Shown here in pieces: positions 18,057-27,156 of a stretch of DNA of 64,000 nt. Position 1 is the stretch's first letter. Every line of letters starts with the position of its first letter. The DNA is from an uncultured Pseudomonadales bacterium (GTDB taxonomy: Bacteria > Patescibacteriota > Microgenomatia > UBA1400 > PJMF01). Below the pieces are notes generated by a model. The model ran no database searches and was not told where the DNA came from. It saw only the letters and a program-made list of their open reading frames with translations. The position numbers and the translations under genes are program-made. The DNA lies in assembly GCA_964570365.1 (NCBI GenBank), contig CAZMXT010000001.1:9440-73439 (forward strand), read 5' to 3'.

Positions 18057-19310
18057 CTACTTCCTTTGTTTTTGCTGAGCACGCCCCCGAATAGTAATAG
18101 CTTCTTGGGCCACTTTCGCATCGCTCCAGGGATATTCTTTTTTTCCGTAACACATACTTTGCTCGTGACCTTTACCTAGGAGAGCCACGATATCTCCAGG
18201 TTCTGCAAGTTGTTGAACTGCAAAGTTAATCGCTTCCCCTCTATCACAAATAGAAAGTACTTTTGCGTGGAATGGGCGTAGATCTTGTTTCATTTGTCGA
18301 ATAATTGACCAAACATCTTCAGTTCTGGGGTCCTCAGCTGTGAAGATAACAATATCTGCTAACTCAGCTCCTATCCTACCCATCTTGGGCCGCTTTTGCC
18401 AATCCCGTAAACCCGCGCAACCAAATACAGCGATTAATCTATTCAGCTTCTCTGCGCTGATTCTTTGTCTTAGTGCAGTCAAAACTGCTCGGACGGCATT
18501 TGGCGTGTGAGCAAAATCCACAACTACCTCGATGTTCTTTTTCTTCACAACGGTCTGCATTCTTCCTACCACACTGGGAAAAGCAGCAACTGCCTTCACA
18601 AAGCTGGCCGGGTCAATTCCAAGCTTTTGGCTCATCGCATAGACCAACCGCGCATTCATTTGATTATAGGCTTGAGGAAAACGTCTTATAATAGCTTCCC
18701 GGACGGTATTCGGCAAACTATCTGCTTGTGAGTAGGTAGTAATCTGAGTTGAGGAGGACTGGAGAACTTTTCTTAGTTTATTATATGAGAGCTCATCATC
18801 AGCATTGAGCACTGCAATCTGTGAATCTTTAATCAGGATTGCTTTGGCAGCTAAATAGGCATCATAGGTAACATGATAATCCAGGTGCTCAAAAGAAATA
18901 TTTGTTACCCCCACCAAAAATGGATGAATTCCCCATAAGCGATGCTGATAGATTCCATGGGAGGTCGCCTCTAAAACTAGGTCTTGATATCCTCCAGACA
19001 CCATCCGAGCTAAAAAAGCCTGCAATTGCCGAGGGTCAGGAGTAGTAACATGGAAACCTGTGCCTATTGATTGATCACCAATGTAGGCAGCAACAGTCGT
19101 TAAGAGGGCGACTTTGCGACCAGCTTTTTTTAGCACATGATAAAGTAGTGTGCTTGAGGTGGTTTTTCCATCCGTTCCAGTAATACAAATAATACGGAGT
19201 TTTCGAGCAGGAAAATGATACTTTATTTCAGCTGGTAGTCCGCGGAGTAGTCCGGTTTTTACCAAGTGAAAGGGTCGTTTGAAACGGTAAATCAATTCTT
19301 TAATCATCAA
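18057..19310 (-). CDS. murE: Mur ligase, most likely UDP-MurNAc-L-Ala-D-Glu:diamino-acid ligase MurE (compact, 417 aa)
   Basis: 'ICITGTDGKTTSSTLLYHVL' P-loop, Mur ligase middle and C domains, and 'EDPR' near the C-terminus (DNPR-like MurE motif). Lies between ftsI and yvcK, as expected for murE. Confidence 0.75.
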   Translation of the reverse strand: MMIKELIYRFKRPFHLVKTGLLRGLPAEIKYHFPARKLRIICITGTDGKTTSSTLLYHVLKKAGRKVALLTTVAAYIGDQSIGTGFHVTTPDPRQLQAFLARMVSGGYQDLVLEATSHGIYQHRLWGIHPFLVGVTNISFEHLDYHVTYDAYLAAKAILIKDSQIAVLNADDELSYNKLRKVLQSSSTQITTYSQADSLPNTVREAIIRRFPQAYNQMNARLVYAMSQKLGIDPASFVKAVAAFPSVVGRMQTVVKKKNIEVVVDFAHTPNAVRAVLTALRQRISAEKLNRLIAVFGCAGLRDWQKRPKMGRIGAELADIVIFTAEDPRTEDVWSIIRQMKQDLRPFHAKVLSICDRGEAINFAVQQLAEPGDIVALLGKGHEQSMCYGKKEYPWSDAKVAQEAITIRGRAQQKQRK

Positions 19311-19330
19311 AGTCCATTATACCGTAAAGT

Positions 19331-21154
19331 TTACCTATCTGGAGGAATATTCAGTAGTAAATACAGTTTGCTGGCAATGTCATACCAGAGAGGAGCTGCT
19401 GTTTCCGAGGCCCAGGGGGAACTACTTGGTTCACGTAGTTTTACAATCATAATAAAGCGCGGATTGTCTGCTGGAGCAAAGCCAATAAAGCTTGCAATCG
19501 TTTTTTTGGCGTCATAGTGACCATCGATAGGAATCTGGGCAGTGCCTGTCTTACCAGCGACTGAGTGAGTTTTAGAACTTATCCATTTTGCTTCACCCTG
19601 ACTAGCTGCATAGACCATCATCTCACTAACTGTCTTGGCAGTTTGTTCCGAGACCACTTGCCGTTCTTCAATCGGCTCCACTACCAACTTACTGCCTTGC
19701 TGGTGATCAATAACCTTTTCCACAATCGTAGGTCGCATCATTTTGCCGTGATTAGCAATTGCGCCCACTGCACGAACCATCTGCATCGCTGTAGTGGCTA
19801 CCCCCTGGCCAAATGAACTAGTAGCCACATCAATCTGCTTCCATTCCTTTCGTACTGGTGTGGCGGTATCTTCTTGGAGCTCAACTTTTATTTCTTCGCC
19901 AATTCCAAATTTCTTTATGTACTCTGGAAATTTTTCCTCCCCCATTAACTCAGCAATAAAGATCATGGCAATGTTATCTGACTTCGCAAGAGCATCCTTA
20001 ATCGTAATGTTTGGGTGATACTCATCATTCCAAGTCCGGATGGTGTATTGGTTAATTTTCCGAGGTTGATCACAGTTGGTGCAGATTGTATCTTCCTTAA
20101 TTAGACCCAGATCTATTGCCGCTGCAACAGTCAGGACTTTAAAAGTGGAGCCTGGTTCATACGTTTCTGCTAAAACAGGATTCTTATGACTGGTAGACTC
20201 AAAGTCATAGAAGTTTTCTGGATTATAATTTGGAAAGGCAGCTAGAGCTAAGATTTTCCCTGTGCTCGGCTCCATCACAATGACCTCACCACTAGCAGCG
20301 CCGTACTTTTCCATCCCTTTCTTGAGGGTTTCTTCTACTGCGTTCTGAACATCTCTGCGAATTGTCAGCACAATGTCTCTGCCATTAAGCTGAGCTTTTT
20401 TTTCACTAGTATCAAAAAGTAAGTGAAGGCCTAGCGCATCTTTAAGAAAAGTATTTTTCTGAGCATAGCCGTGTAGTTCCTTATCCAAAGCCCCTTCCAC
20501 TCCAAAGTATCCTTGGTCATTTCCCTCTGCATCTTTGCCCACAAATCCCAACGCATGAGCTGAAAGTGAAGCTTCCGGATAAACTCTGGTCTGATATCGC
20601 TCAAAACCTAAACCAAAAAAATTGAGGCTCTCAACTTGTTGCTTTACATTTCCGTCCAAACGTTGCTTCAGAGTAACCCACTTAGCGCTTGGGTCACTCA
20701 GTTTTTCTGTAATTCTTTGCCTGAGTTCCTCTTTTTGTAGAGCAACAATAGCTGCATCTGTGGCCAGTACAGGGTCAAGCTCGAGTAACAGTGGTGCTAA
20801 CTTATCAGCAATCAGTACAGGATCTTCTTTGAGCAAATGTGGCTGAGCAAAGAGCCGATAGACATTTTTATTGCCGGCCAAAGTATAGCCATCACTAGTA
20901 AAGATTTTTCCCCGCTGAGCAGGTAGGGTGACTGTACGAGTATATTGACTCTCTGCTTGAGCCTGCAGCACTGAGCTATGAAAGACTTGCCAGTAAAATA
21001 GCCGAACTCCGATCCCAAATAAAAAAAGGTACAGGGTCAATAAAACAATTTTTGAACGTTGAAACGTATGCCGGCTTACTTTAGATGTAGAGTGGTCAAA
21101 CGAGGACCTTTTCTCAGGGGTGCGTGAAACATAGTCGTTGAAAGGTTTGGGCAT
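19331..21154 (-). CDS. ftsI: Class B penicillin-binding protein / septal transpeptidase FtsI
   Basis: N-terminal TM helix. Transpeptidase motifs 'STFK' (in STFKVLTVAAAI), 'SDN' (KSDNIAMIF) and 'KTGT' (AGKTGTAQI). Confidence 0.92.
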   Translation of the reverse strand: MPKPFNDYVSRTPEKRSSFDHSTSKVSRHTFQRSKIVLLTLYLFLFGIGVRLFYWQVFHSSVLQAQAESQYTRTVTLPAQRGKIFTSDGYTLAGNKNVYRLFAQPHLLKEDPVLIADKLAPLLLELDPVLATDAAIVALQKEELRQRITEKLSDPSAKWVTLKQRLDGNVKQQVESLNFFGLGFERYQTRVYPEASLSAHALGFVGKDAEGNDQGYFGVEGALDKELHGYAQKNTFLKDALGLHLLFDTSEKKAQLNGRDIVLTIRRDVQNAVEETLKKGMEKYGAASGEVIVMEPSTGKILALAAFPNYNPENFYDFESTSHKNPVLAETYEPGSTFKVLTVAAAIDLGLIKEDTICTNCDQPRKINQYTIRTWNDEYHPNITIKDALAKSDNIAMIFIAELMGEEKFPEYIKKFGIGEEIKVELQEDTATPVRKEWKQIDVATSSFGQGVATTAMQMVRAVGAIANHGKMMRPTIVEKVIDHQQGSKLVVEPIEERQVVSEQTAKTVSEMMVYAASQGEAKWISSKTHSVAGKTGTAQIPIDGHYDAKKTIASFIGFAPADNPRFIMIVKLREPSSSPWASETAAPLWYDIASKLYLLLNIPPDR

Positions 21155-21189
21155 TCGTATACTTTCACGTAGTATGTATCAAAAACGGC

Positions 21190-21483
21190 TTAGCGAGAAG
21201 CGACTGCTGCGTGAGTCTTAACCTGGGTAATTTTGGAGATAGACAAGAAACCACTGCGACTCGCATCCTCTGCCAACTCTGATAAGGAGAGCTCCAGAGT
21301 AGTAGCCAGCTCTAGTTCATACTTTTTTTCAGCTAATACTGCCCTCTGCCTGTCTAATCCGGCTATTTGCTGTCCATATGAAACATGAGTACTGCCTACA
21401 GCAATAGTCCAGGCAATCATACTTAAGGTGATCGTGACTAATGAAAAGTAGTAGATGGTTGAAAAATGCGTATTCATATTCAT
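21190..21483 (-). CDS. ftsL: FtsL-like small bitopic division protein (TM helix plus coiled coil)
   Basis: 97 aa with one hydrophobic helix and a Leu/Glu-rich coiled-coil segment. The position between rsmH and ftsI is canonical. Confidence 0.5.
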   Translation of the reverse strand: MNMNTHFSTIYYFSLVTITLSMIAWTIAVGSTHVSYGQQIAGLDRQRAVLAEKKYELELATTLELSLSELAEDASRSGFLSISKITQVKTHAAVASR

Positions 21484-22376
21484 ATTCTTTTCTCGAAAAT
21501 TCTCATTTTTGCACTACGCGAACGGTTGTTGCGTTCTATTTCTTCTATCTGTGGCGTTATGACCTTGTGAGTTATGTGGGTTCCTTTATTTGCTCCTTCC
21601 CAATCTCGAAAGAGCAACTTTACGATTCGATCTTCCCCTTCATGGAAGCTAATGGTGATGATCCTACCTCCGGCTTTTACCGCCTCATATGCCAGCGGGA
21701 GGGCTGTTTCTATACTGTCCAGCTCTGAGTTCACAATGATTCGTAAAGCTTGAAACACTTTCGTGGCAGGATGGAGATGTGCCCCTCGGTAAGTCTGCGC
21801 TTGCTCAATAATCTGCACTAGCTGTCCGACCATGTTGATTGGTTGACGCTGACGACTCATCACAATTACGTGTGCAATCTTTTTGCTGGCTCTTTCCCCA
21901 CCGTACTTCCAAAATGTCTCAGTGAGCTGTTGCTCAGACAGAAGATTAATTAAATCCTTTGCCTTTACCCCTAACCGATCGTCCATCCTCATATCTAGCT
22001 GCGCATCATGCTGAAAGCTAAAACCTCGGTGAGTGCTCTCAAGTTGGGGACTGCTGACTCCAAAATCAAAGAAAACCCCAGCAAACTCTAGAATCTGATG
22101 TTGGGTACGAACTTGATCTATCACTTTTTTTAATTGATCAAAGTTTTCTCTAATCAGAACAAGCTTTCCTCGTTCTAGCTCGCTTTTGAAGTTTTGCTGA
22201 CCAAACTCGATAGCTTCCTGATCACAATCGAGAGCCACAACTTGGCCTCCCTTCTCCAAAATCAGGCGTGTATGCCCGCCACGACCAAATGTCGCATCTA
22301 GGTACCAGCTGCCTGATTGAATCTGCAGCGCAGCAATCACCTCCTGAGGTAAAACTGATGTGTGACCACTATTCAT
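21480..22376 (-). CDS. rsmH: 16S rRNA (cytosine1402-N4)-methyltransferase RsmH/MraW
   Basis: 'DATFGRGGHT' SAM-binding signature of RsmH. dcw position after mraZ. Confidence 0.95.
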   Translation of the reverse strand: MNSGHTSVLPQEVIAALQIQSGSWYLDATFGRGGHTRLILEKGGQVVALDCDQEAIEFGQQNFKSELERGKLVLIRENFDQLKKVIDQVRTQHQILEFAGVFFDFGVSSPQLESTHRGFSFQHDAQLDMRMDDRLGVKAKDLINLLSEQQLTETFWKYGGERASKKIAHVIVMSRQRQPINMVGQLVQIIEQAQTYRGAHLHPATKVFQALRIIVNSELDSIETALPLAYEAVKAGGRIITISFHEGEDRIVKLLFRDWEGANKGTHITHKVITPQIEEIERNNRSRSAKMRIFEKRI

Positions 22377-22384
22377 AACTTCCT

Positions 22385-22816
22385 TTAATATCCAGCTACT
22401 GTTTCCACTTGCTCAGCAATGCTTTCTGCCTGCTGAATAAGTTGGTCTAGGTATTGGTGATAGATCTTTACGTCCCAAATCTCGATTCGTTGGAGACTTC
22501 CAACTACAACGAGTTCTTTTGTGAGCTGGGCAGATGCTCGCAAAAATTCGGGAATTAAGATTCTACCGCCAGTGTCAACTTCAACCTCAGCTGCATCATT
22601 TGTCATTAACCGCACAAAATCGCGCTGAGCTTTTTTCGTAAAGGTGTAGCTACTGATCTTGGTCATCTGTTTTTCAAAGTCATGCTTTGGAAAAAGGAAT
22701 AAACCTCCATCGAGTCCTCGGGTTATAACCCACAGTTTTTCCAGCTCACGGAATGATTTAGGTAGGGAGAGCCGCCCTTTCTCTTCTAGATTGTGGTAAT
22801 ATCTTCCGATAAACAT
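22385..22816 (-). CDS. mraZ: Transcriptional regulator MraZ
   Basis: 143 aa, duplicated MraZ fold, 'MFIGRYYHNLEEKGRLSLP'. First gene of the dcw cluster. Confidence 0.9.
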   Translation of the reverse strand: MFIGRYYHNLEEKGRLSLPKSFRELEKLWVITRGLDGGLFLFPKHDFEKQMTKISSYTFTKKAQRDFVRLMTNDAAEVEVDTGGRILIPEFLRASAQLTKELVVVGSLQRIEIWDVKIYHQYLDQLIQQAESIAEQVETVAGY

Positions 22817-22927
22817 TTATAAGATACTTTACCATAGTTCACCACTTCTAATAACAGTAACTATTGCACACCTTATTTAGCCTGTAAAGACCAAGGAAAT
22901 CCGAAACATCTCAGTGGGTAATAATTA

Positions 22928-22958
22928 CAAAAAAGGCCACCATTTATTGGTAGCCTTT
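22928..22958 (-). terminator. Rho-independent terminator downstream of the 22981-23817 gene and upstream of the mraZ promoter region
   Basis: On the minus strand: aaaggctacc-aataaat-ggtggccttt followed by UUUUUUG. Confidence 0.5.
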
Positions 22959-22980
22959 GAGGTCTTTATAACAAGATGGG

Positions 22981-23817
22981 TTATTTTTTCAATACTAAGT
23001 AGAGTGGTAACAAATCAACTTCGGCTGTGAAACTCTTGCCGTCGCCCTTTGCAGGAAATTCTTGCCAACTTCGGCCATTCCAAGCTGAAATCACGGCAGT
23101 TGTTGCTGCTTCGCTTGCTCTGATGATAATGCTGGCCTTACCCTTTAATGGGCTACTGGTGGTCAATGAGTAGACTTCAGAAATAACAGTGCCCGTTGGA
23201 GATTTTGGATACCCGGGAGAGTTAAAGATAACCAAGTGTCGCTGTGTAGCTAAATCTTTACTCTCAATCTGGAACTTAGCATCTTTTGAACTGTACTCAG
23301 TCTCACGGGTAGTATTTTCAAAATACTTCCACTCTGATTTGAGCGCGTAGTTTTCAGGACCAGTGTAACGAGTTAACAAACTGCCCCCCTTGACATCTCT
23401 ATGATATGTACAGGCTCCACCCGCACTACAGCTTCCAAATAAAATATCTTTGGTCACTGGCAAAGCAGAAAGTGCCAACTCACCAAAAGCTCCTTGCAAC
23501 AGTTCTCCGGCTTGATACTCTAGCTCATACTCTACCTGATCAGCCGGCTTTTTTACTTCATTAAAGCTGATCAGTACATTTCGACCACTACTTTGGGGAA
23601 TGATCTCAATAAAGGGTCGTTCACTGACAGGAATAATGTTCAATGAGTCAGCTTTGCGTTTCTTTTTTGGTTCAGTTTGAGCCTGCTCAGCTGGTTTGGA
23701 ACGAACTCTAGTAAAAGCAAAAATTCCTCCGCCTACTAGAAGCAGCGCTACTATAATTCCAATGATAGTCATGTTTCGTTTATTCATATTGATCCCTGAA
23801 GATAAGTTTCTGATCAA
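22981..23817 (-). CDS. Hypothetical membrane-anchored protein (N-terminal TM helix, extracytoplasmic domain, no recognised family)
   Basis: 278-aa ORF with hydrophobic 'IIGIIVALLLVGGGIFAF' and a long clean frame. Confidence 0.5.
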   Translation of the reverse strand: MIRNLSSGINMNKRNMTIIGIIVALLLVGGGIFAFTRVRSKPAEQAQTEPKKKRKADSLNIIPVSERPFIEIIPQSSGRNVLISFNEVKKPADQVEYELEYQAGELLQGAFGELALSALPVTKDILFGSCSAGGACTYHRDVKGGSLLTRYTGPENYALKSEWKYFENTTRETEYSSKDAKFQIESKDLATQRHLVIFNSPGYPKSPTGTVISEVYSLTTSSPLKGKASIIIRASEAATTAVISAWNGRSWQEFPAKGDGKSFTAEVDLLPLYLVLKK

Positions 23818-23840
23818 GTGTAGGAAATAAGTGTACCATA

Positions 23841-24392
23841 TCAGGTAGGTCTAATGGTCAAATAATCATAACTACGAAGTGGGCGCTCTGCTACACTGGC
23901 TGCATACTCTAAAACTGAAGTGTATGGTGTGTCATGAAGATTTTGATATCCAAGTTGAACCAAAATTTCTATGAGCTTGTTTTGGATAGAGGAAAAAGAA
24001 GCAGTATCACCACTTAACTCTTCCAAGATACTTAGGACCTGAACAAAGATTTCTTCTTCTGCCGAATCTTCTGAAAAAAGTACGTCTATAATTTCTAAAA
24101 TCTCGACCAGCTTCTTCATACTCATCAAATTCTTTTTCGATTCTGAAAAATCATTAATCAGGCTGGTTTGAGTAAGGATGGGCAAAGACTTGGTGTACTG
24201 TAGATACACTTTGACATAATTTCCCGGTTCCAGGTATGCTCTTTGGCTAGAGCTCATCTTTCTGACCCCTTTAGCAATGCAGACCAACTTACCTTGGCCA
24301 GGCGTAAAAAGTGTTACTACCCGATCAGTTTCACCGGTATTTACGCGCTTAATAATAAGTGCTTCTGTTGAGAGGCTGTGTACGGACATCAA
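23841..24392 (-). CDS. recO: DNA repair protein RecO (short form lacking the C-terminal Cys4 zinc motif)
   Basis: N-terminal OB-fold region 'ALIIKRVNTGETDRVVTLFTPGQGKLVCIAKGVRK' resembles RecO. 183 aa. Confidence 0.7.
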   Translation of the reverse strand: MMSVHSLSTEALIIKRVNTGETDRVVTLFTPGQGKLVCIAKGVRKMSSSQRAYLEPGNYVKVYLQYTKSLPILTQTSLINDFSESKKNLMSMKKLVEILEIIDVLFSEDSAEEEIFVQVLSILEELSGDTASFSSIQNKLIEILVQLGYQNLHDTPYTSVLEYAASVAERPLRSYDYLTIRPT

Positions 24393-26419
24393 TTAAAAGG
24401 GGCGGTAAAGACAATATCTTTATCCATGGTGACAAATCCTTCTTCACCATTTACATCAATCGTTACTGGTACAGGACTAATTCCACCCTGTTTCCACATT
24501 TTTATTTTATATTCCTGGGTATTACTGTAAGGTATTGTGTAGTCAATCTGAATTTTGGCCTGACTTAATGGCTCGAGTATGAACTCACCATCAATGACCG
24601 TAAATTCACCTTGGTCATACTGTTTGACGCTTCCTTGGCGGAATCCTTGGGAGTTCGTTAACTTGGCGCCCTTAGGCAAGTAGATTCTATTCCAGTCTCT
24701 GAGCGTTGAGTTCAAACAAAGTAAGCCAGCTTCTAAGTTACAATTATCGCCACGTCTGGAGTTCTTGTAGGTGACAGTTACTTTCTTCGTTAACTCACCA
24801 TTACTTGGCACCCCTACTTCTTGGGCAACTTCATACGTCACAAAGAGATTTGACTTCGCACCACCCAAGTTGGCATCAACAATCGCTAAGAAGTCTTCAG
24901 CATCGGGATCTTTCTCCAAACGACCAGCTGCATGAACTTTTTGGGCAGCTGCTTGCGCCGCTTCATCAAAGAAGTACATTTGCGCATGTCTACCTTGGAC
25001 ATTCTTCCAGCCAATATCGAAGAGTTGTGGCCACTGAGTCTTAGGCGCTGAGTAGGCCTTATCTAAGATTGCCCTCATCATTGGGCCTAAAATACCTTTT
25101 CTATCTGTACGCAAGTATGGAGTGGGTCGAGTGATGATCTCTGACAATGCATAAATAATTTGTGGACAATCACATTTAGGAGAGTTCTCAGCACTAAAGG
25201 TCCCATAGCCAGGGATCTCAATCGGACCAAGCACTTTGACTAGATCAGTTAACACTTGAGTATCGACCGCAATAATACCATCCAAGTCTTTGGGCTCCCC
25301 TGGCAAGTCTTTATAGTAGGTCAAGAACTGATCCATTGACTCTTTAAAGTCTGGGGAGGTGTTCATGTCTCGGAGGTTCCAGTACTTTTCAGTGGTTAAG
25401 TATTTTCCTAACACTTCTGGAATTGGCACGCGCTTAGTGAACTTTTTATCAAGTTCGTAGATGTCATCTGATTTCTCTGGAGTAACTTTGCCATTTTCCA
25501 CAAAAATAACTGAGTAAGCAGTTAAAAAGCCACCAGTGGGACGGAGCTCGTTATCATTCTGGAATAAAATAAAGTACTTCTTTCGCTTTCCATCTCCACC
25601 CAATACCGCTGGGATTCTCTCAATCACTGGCCTAAACTCAGTTAAAGCTGAAGCCGCGCCCGCACTGACACTTTGCGCTTGTACAACTTGAGCTCTCACC
25701 TCACGACCTCTAAAGGTCTCTGGATATCTTTTGGCATCAATGAGCGCTAATTCAGTCTTCACCTTTTCTAAATCTCCACCAATATCGTCCAGAACTGGGG
25801 TAATTTTTTCAAGGGTTTGCAAAATTAACTTCAAACGATCTTCTGCCGTTCCTCCGGTAAAGGTACCTTCTCCAGAGAAACCTAGCACATCTGCATATGG
25901 CGTAATGGCTGCCAGTGTCTTTAAACCTCCAGAAACACCAGCGTCAGCGGCATTCAGTCCATGCACGCCATCAAGGTAGTAGGCTCGAGCAATTGGGATA
26001 GTCTGATAAAAGCTGAGTCTATTGTAGGTAGTACGAACGTCTTTCAACTTTCCTTCGACATCTTTTAGCGCCTGTTCAGCAGCCGGTAAGTTCTGAGCCT
26101 TAAATTGGTCATAGGCTCCACGACCAAGGACTTGCGCCTCACTCGCTTGTACTTGTAACTGACGGGCTATACTCATGGTGTAGATGCCTACAGCCCCTAC
26201 TAAACTGCCTAGCACTATAGATACCACTAATACTCCAGCTCCAACTTTTTGCCACTTCTTCGACAGGAGCCTCCTTCGTGAGTTACTAGCCTGGATGGTG
26301 GAGGTTCCTAGATCCGGAGCAAAATTCCTTAGCAGGGTCGGGTTGGGCGTAGTGTCTGCCAAACTAGGACTCACTACTGAGTTCGGTTGAGGTTGAGCTG
26401 AAAGCTGAGAATCTACCAT
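24389..26419 (-). CDS. DUF4012 domain membrane-anchored protein
   Basis: N-terminal TM helix. 'FQNDNELRPTGGFLTAYSVIFVENGKV' is the DUF4012 core signature. 676 aa. ATGA overlap with recO. Confidence 0.8.
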   Translation of the reverse strand: MVDSQLSAQPQPNSVVSPSLADTTPNPTLLRNFAPDLGTSTIQASNSRRRLLSKKWQKVGAGVLVVSIVLGSLVGAVGIYTMSIARQLQVQASEAQVLGRGAYDQFKAQNLPAAEQALKDVEGKLKDVRTTYNRLSFYQTIPIARAYYLDGVHGLNAADAGVSGGLKTLAAITPYADVLGFSGEGTFTGGTAEDRLKLILQTLEKITPVLDDIGGDLEKVKTELALIDAKRYPETFRGREVRAQVVQAQSVSAGAASALTEFRPVIERIPAVLGGDGKRKKYFILFQNDNELRPTGGFLTAYSVIFVENGKVTPEKSDDIYELDKKFTKRVPIPEVLGKYLTTEKYWNLRDMNTSPDFKESMDQFLTYYKDLPGEPKDLDGIIAVDTQVLTDLVKVLGPIEIPGYGTFSAENSPKCDCPQIIYALSEIITRPTPYLRTDRKGILGPMMRAILDKAYSAPKTQWPQLFDIGWKNVQGRHAQMYFFDEAAQAAAQKVHAAGRLEKDPDAEDFLAIVDANLGGAKSNLFVTYEVAQEVGVPSNGELTKKVTVTYKNSRRGDNCNLEAGLLCLNSTLRDWNRIYLPKGAKLTNSQGFRQGSVKQYDQGEFTVIDGEFILEPLSQAKIQIDYTIPYSNTQEYKIKMWKQGGISPVPVTIDVNGEEGFVTMDKDIVFTAPFN

Positions 26420-26488
26420 AAGAAATAAGTATAAGAAAAAAGTAGTCTTTTTGTAACTATTACAATAAATATCAAAAGCTATGGTATT

Positions 26489-27136
26489 TTACCATTTTGA
26501 GATCATCGCACGGGGAGTACGATACAAAATTTGAATATCCTTCAGCAAAGAGGCTTGGGTTGCATACTCTGCATCCATCTTGGCTCGTTGAGCAAAAGGG
26601 ATTTCATTTCGCCCACTAGTCTGCCATGGTCCAGTAATACCAGGCTTTACGGACAGAATTGCATCAGTATATTGCTGAGTCTCTGGGTACCTCTTCGCTT
26701 GCTCTTCTAGCTCTTTCCTAACATAAGCCCGAGGACCCACCATGCTCATCTCTCCCCTAAGCACATTAAATAACTGAGGAAATTCATCGATCGTAAGTGA
26801 GCGAATCACCTTACCTAATCGGGTGATACGAGGGTCGTCTTCAAGCTTCCAGTCGCTACTTTTAAACTTCTCTAACAGAGCTTTATTTTGACGATGCAGA
26901 ATATCATCAGCATCTTGGACCATGGAGCGAAATTTATAGAGAGAAAAATCTTTGCCACCTTTTCCCACCCGGCGATGCTTAAAAAGGACTGGCCGGCCAG
27001 AGTCAAAGTAAATCAGCAAAGGGACAATAAACCAGATCGGCAAGAAAATAATACTGAGCATGAGCGCCACAATAATATCTAAAATTCTTTTTTGTTGCTC
27101 GTAGGACATCATGGGAAGACCATTAAATATTTTCAC
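26489..27136 (-). CDS. Small polyprenyl-phosphate sugar-1-phosphate transferase (Bac_transf / WbaP C-terminal domain type initiating phosphoglycosyltransferase)
   Basis: N-terminal re-entrant hydrophobic segment, 'FSLYKFRSM' and 'PGITGPWQ' motifs. Confidence 0.9.
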   Translation of the reverse strand: MKIFNGLPMMSYEQQKRILDIIVALMLSIIFLPIWFIVPLLIYFDSGRPVLFKHRRVGKGGKDFSLYKFRSMVQDADDILHRQNKALLEKFKSSDWKLEDDPRITRLGKVIRSLTIDEFPQLFNVLRGEMSMVGPRAYVRKELEEQAKRYPETQQYTDAILSVKPGITGPWQTSGRNEIPFAQRAKMDAEYATQASLLKDIQILYRTPRAMISKW

Positions 27137-27156
27137 TCATTAATTTATAATGAAAG

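Noticed and set aside
21190-21483. Whether the 97-aa ORF is a real ftsL or a shadow ORF
   Set aside because: Not rejected outright. It is kept at low confidence because of its canonical position, single TM helix plus coiled coil, and 4-bp overlap with rsmH, but it has no diagnostic motif.
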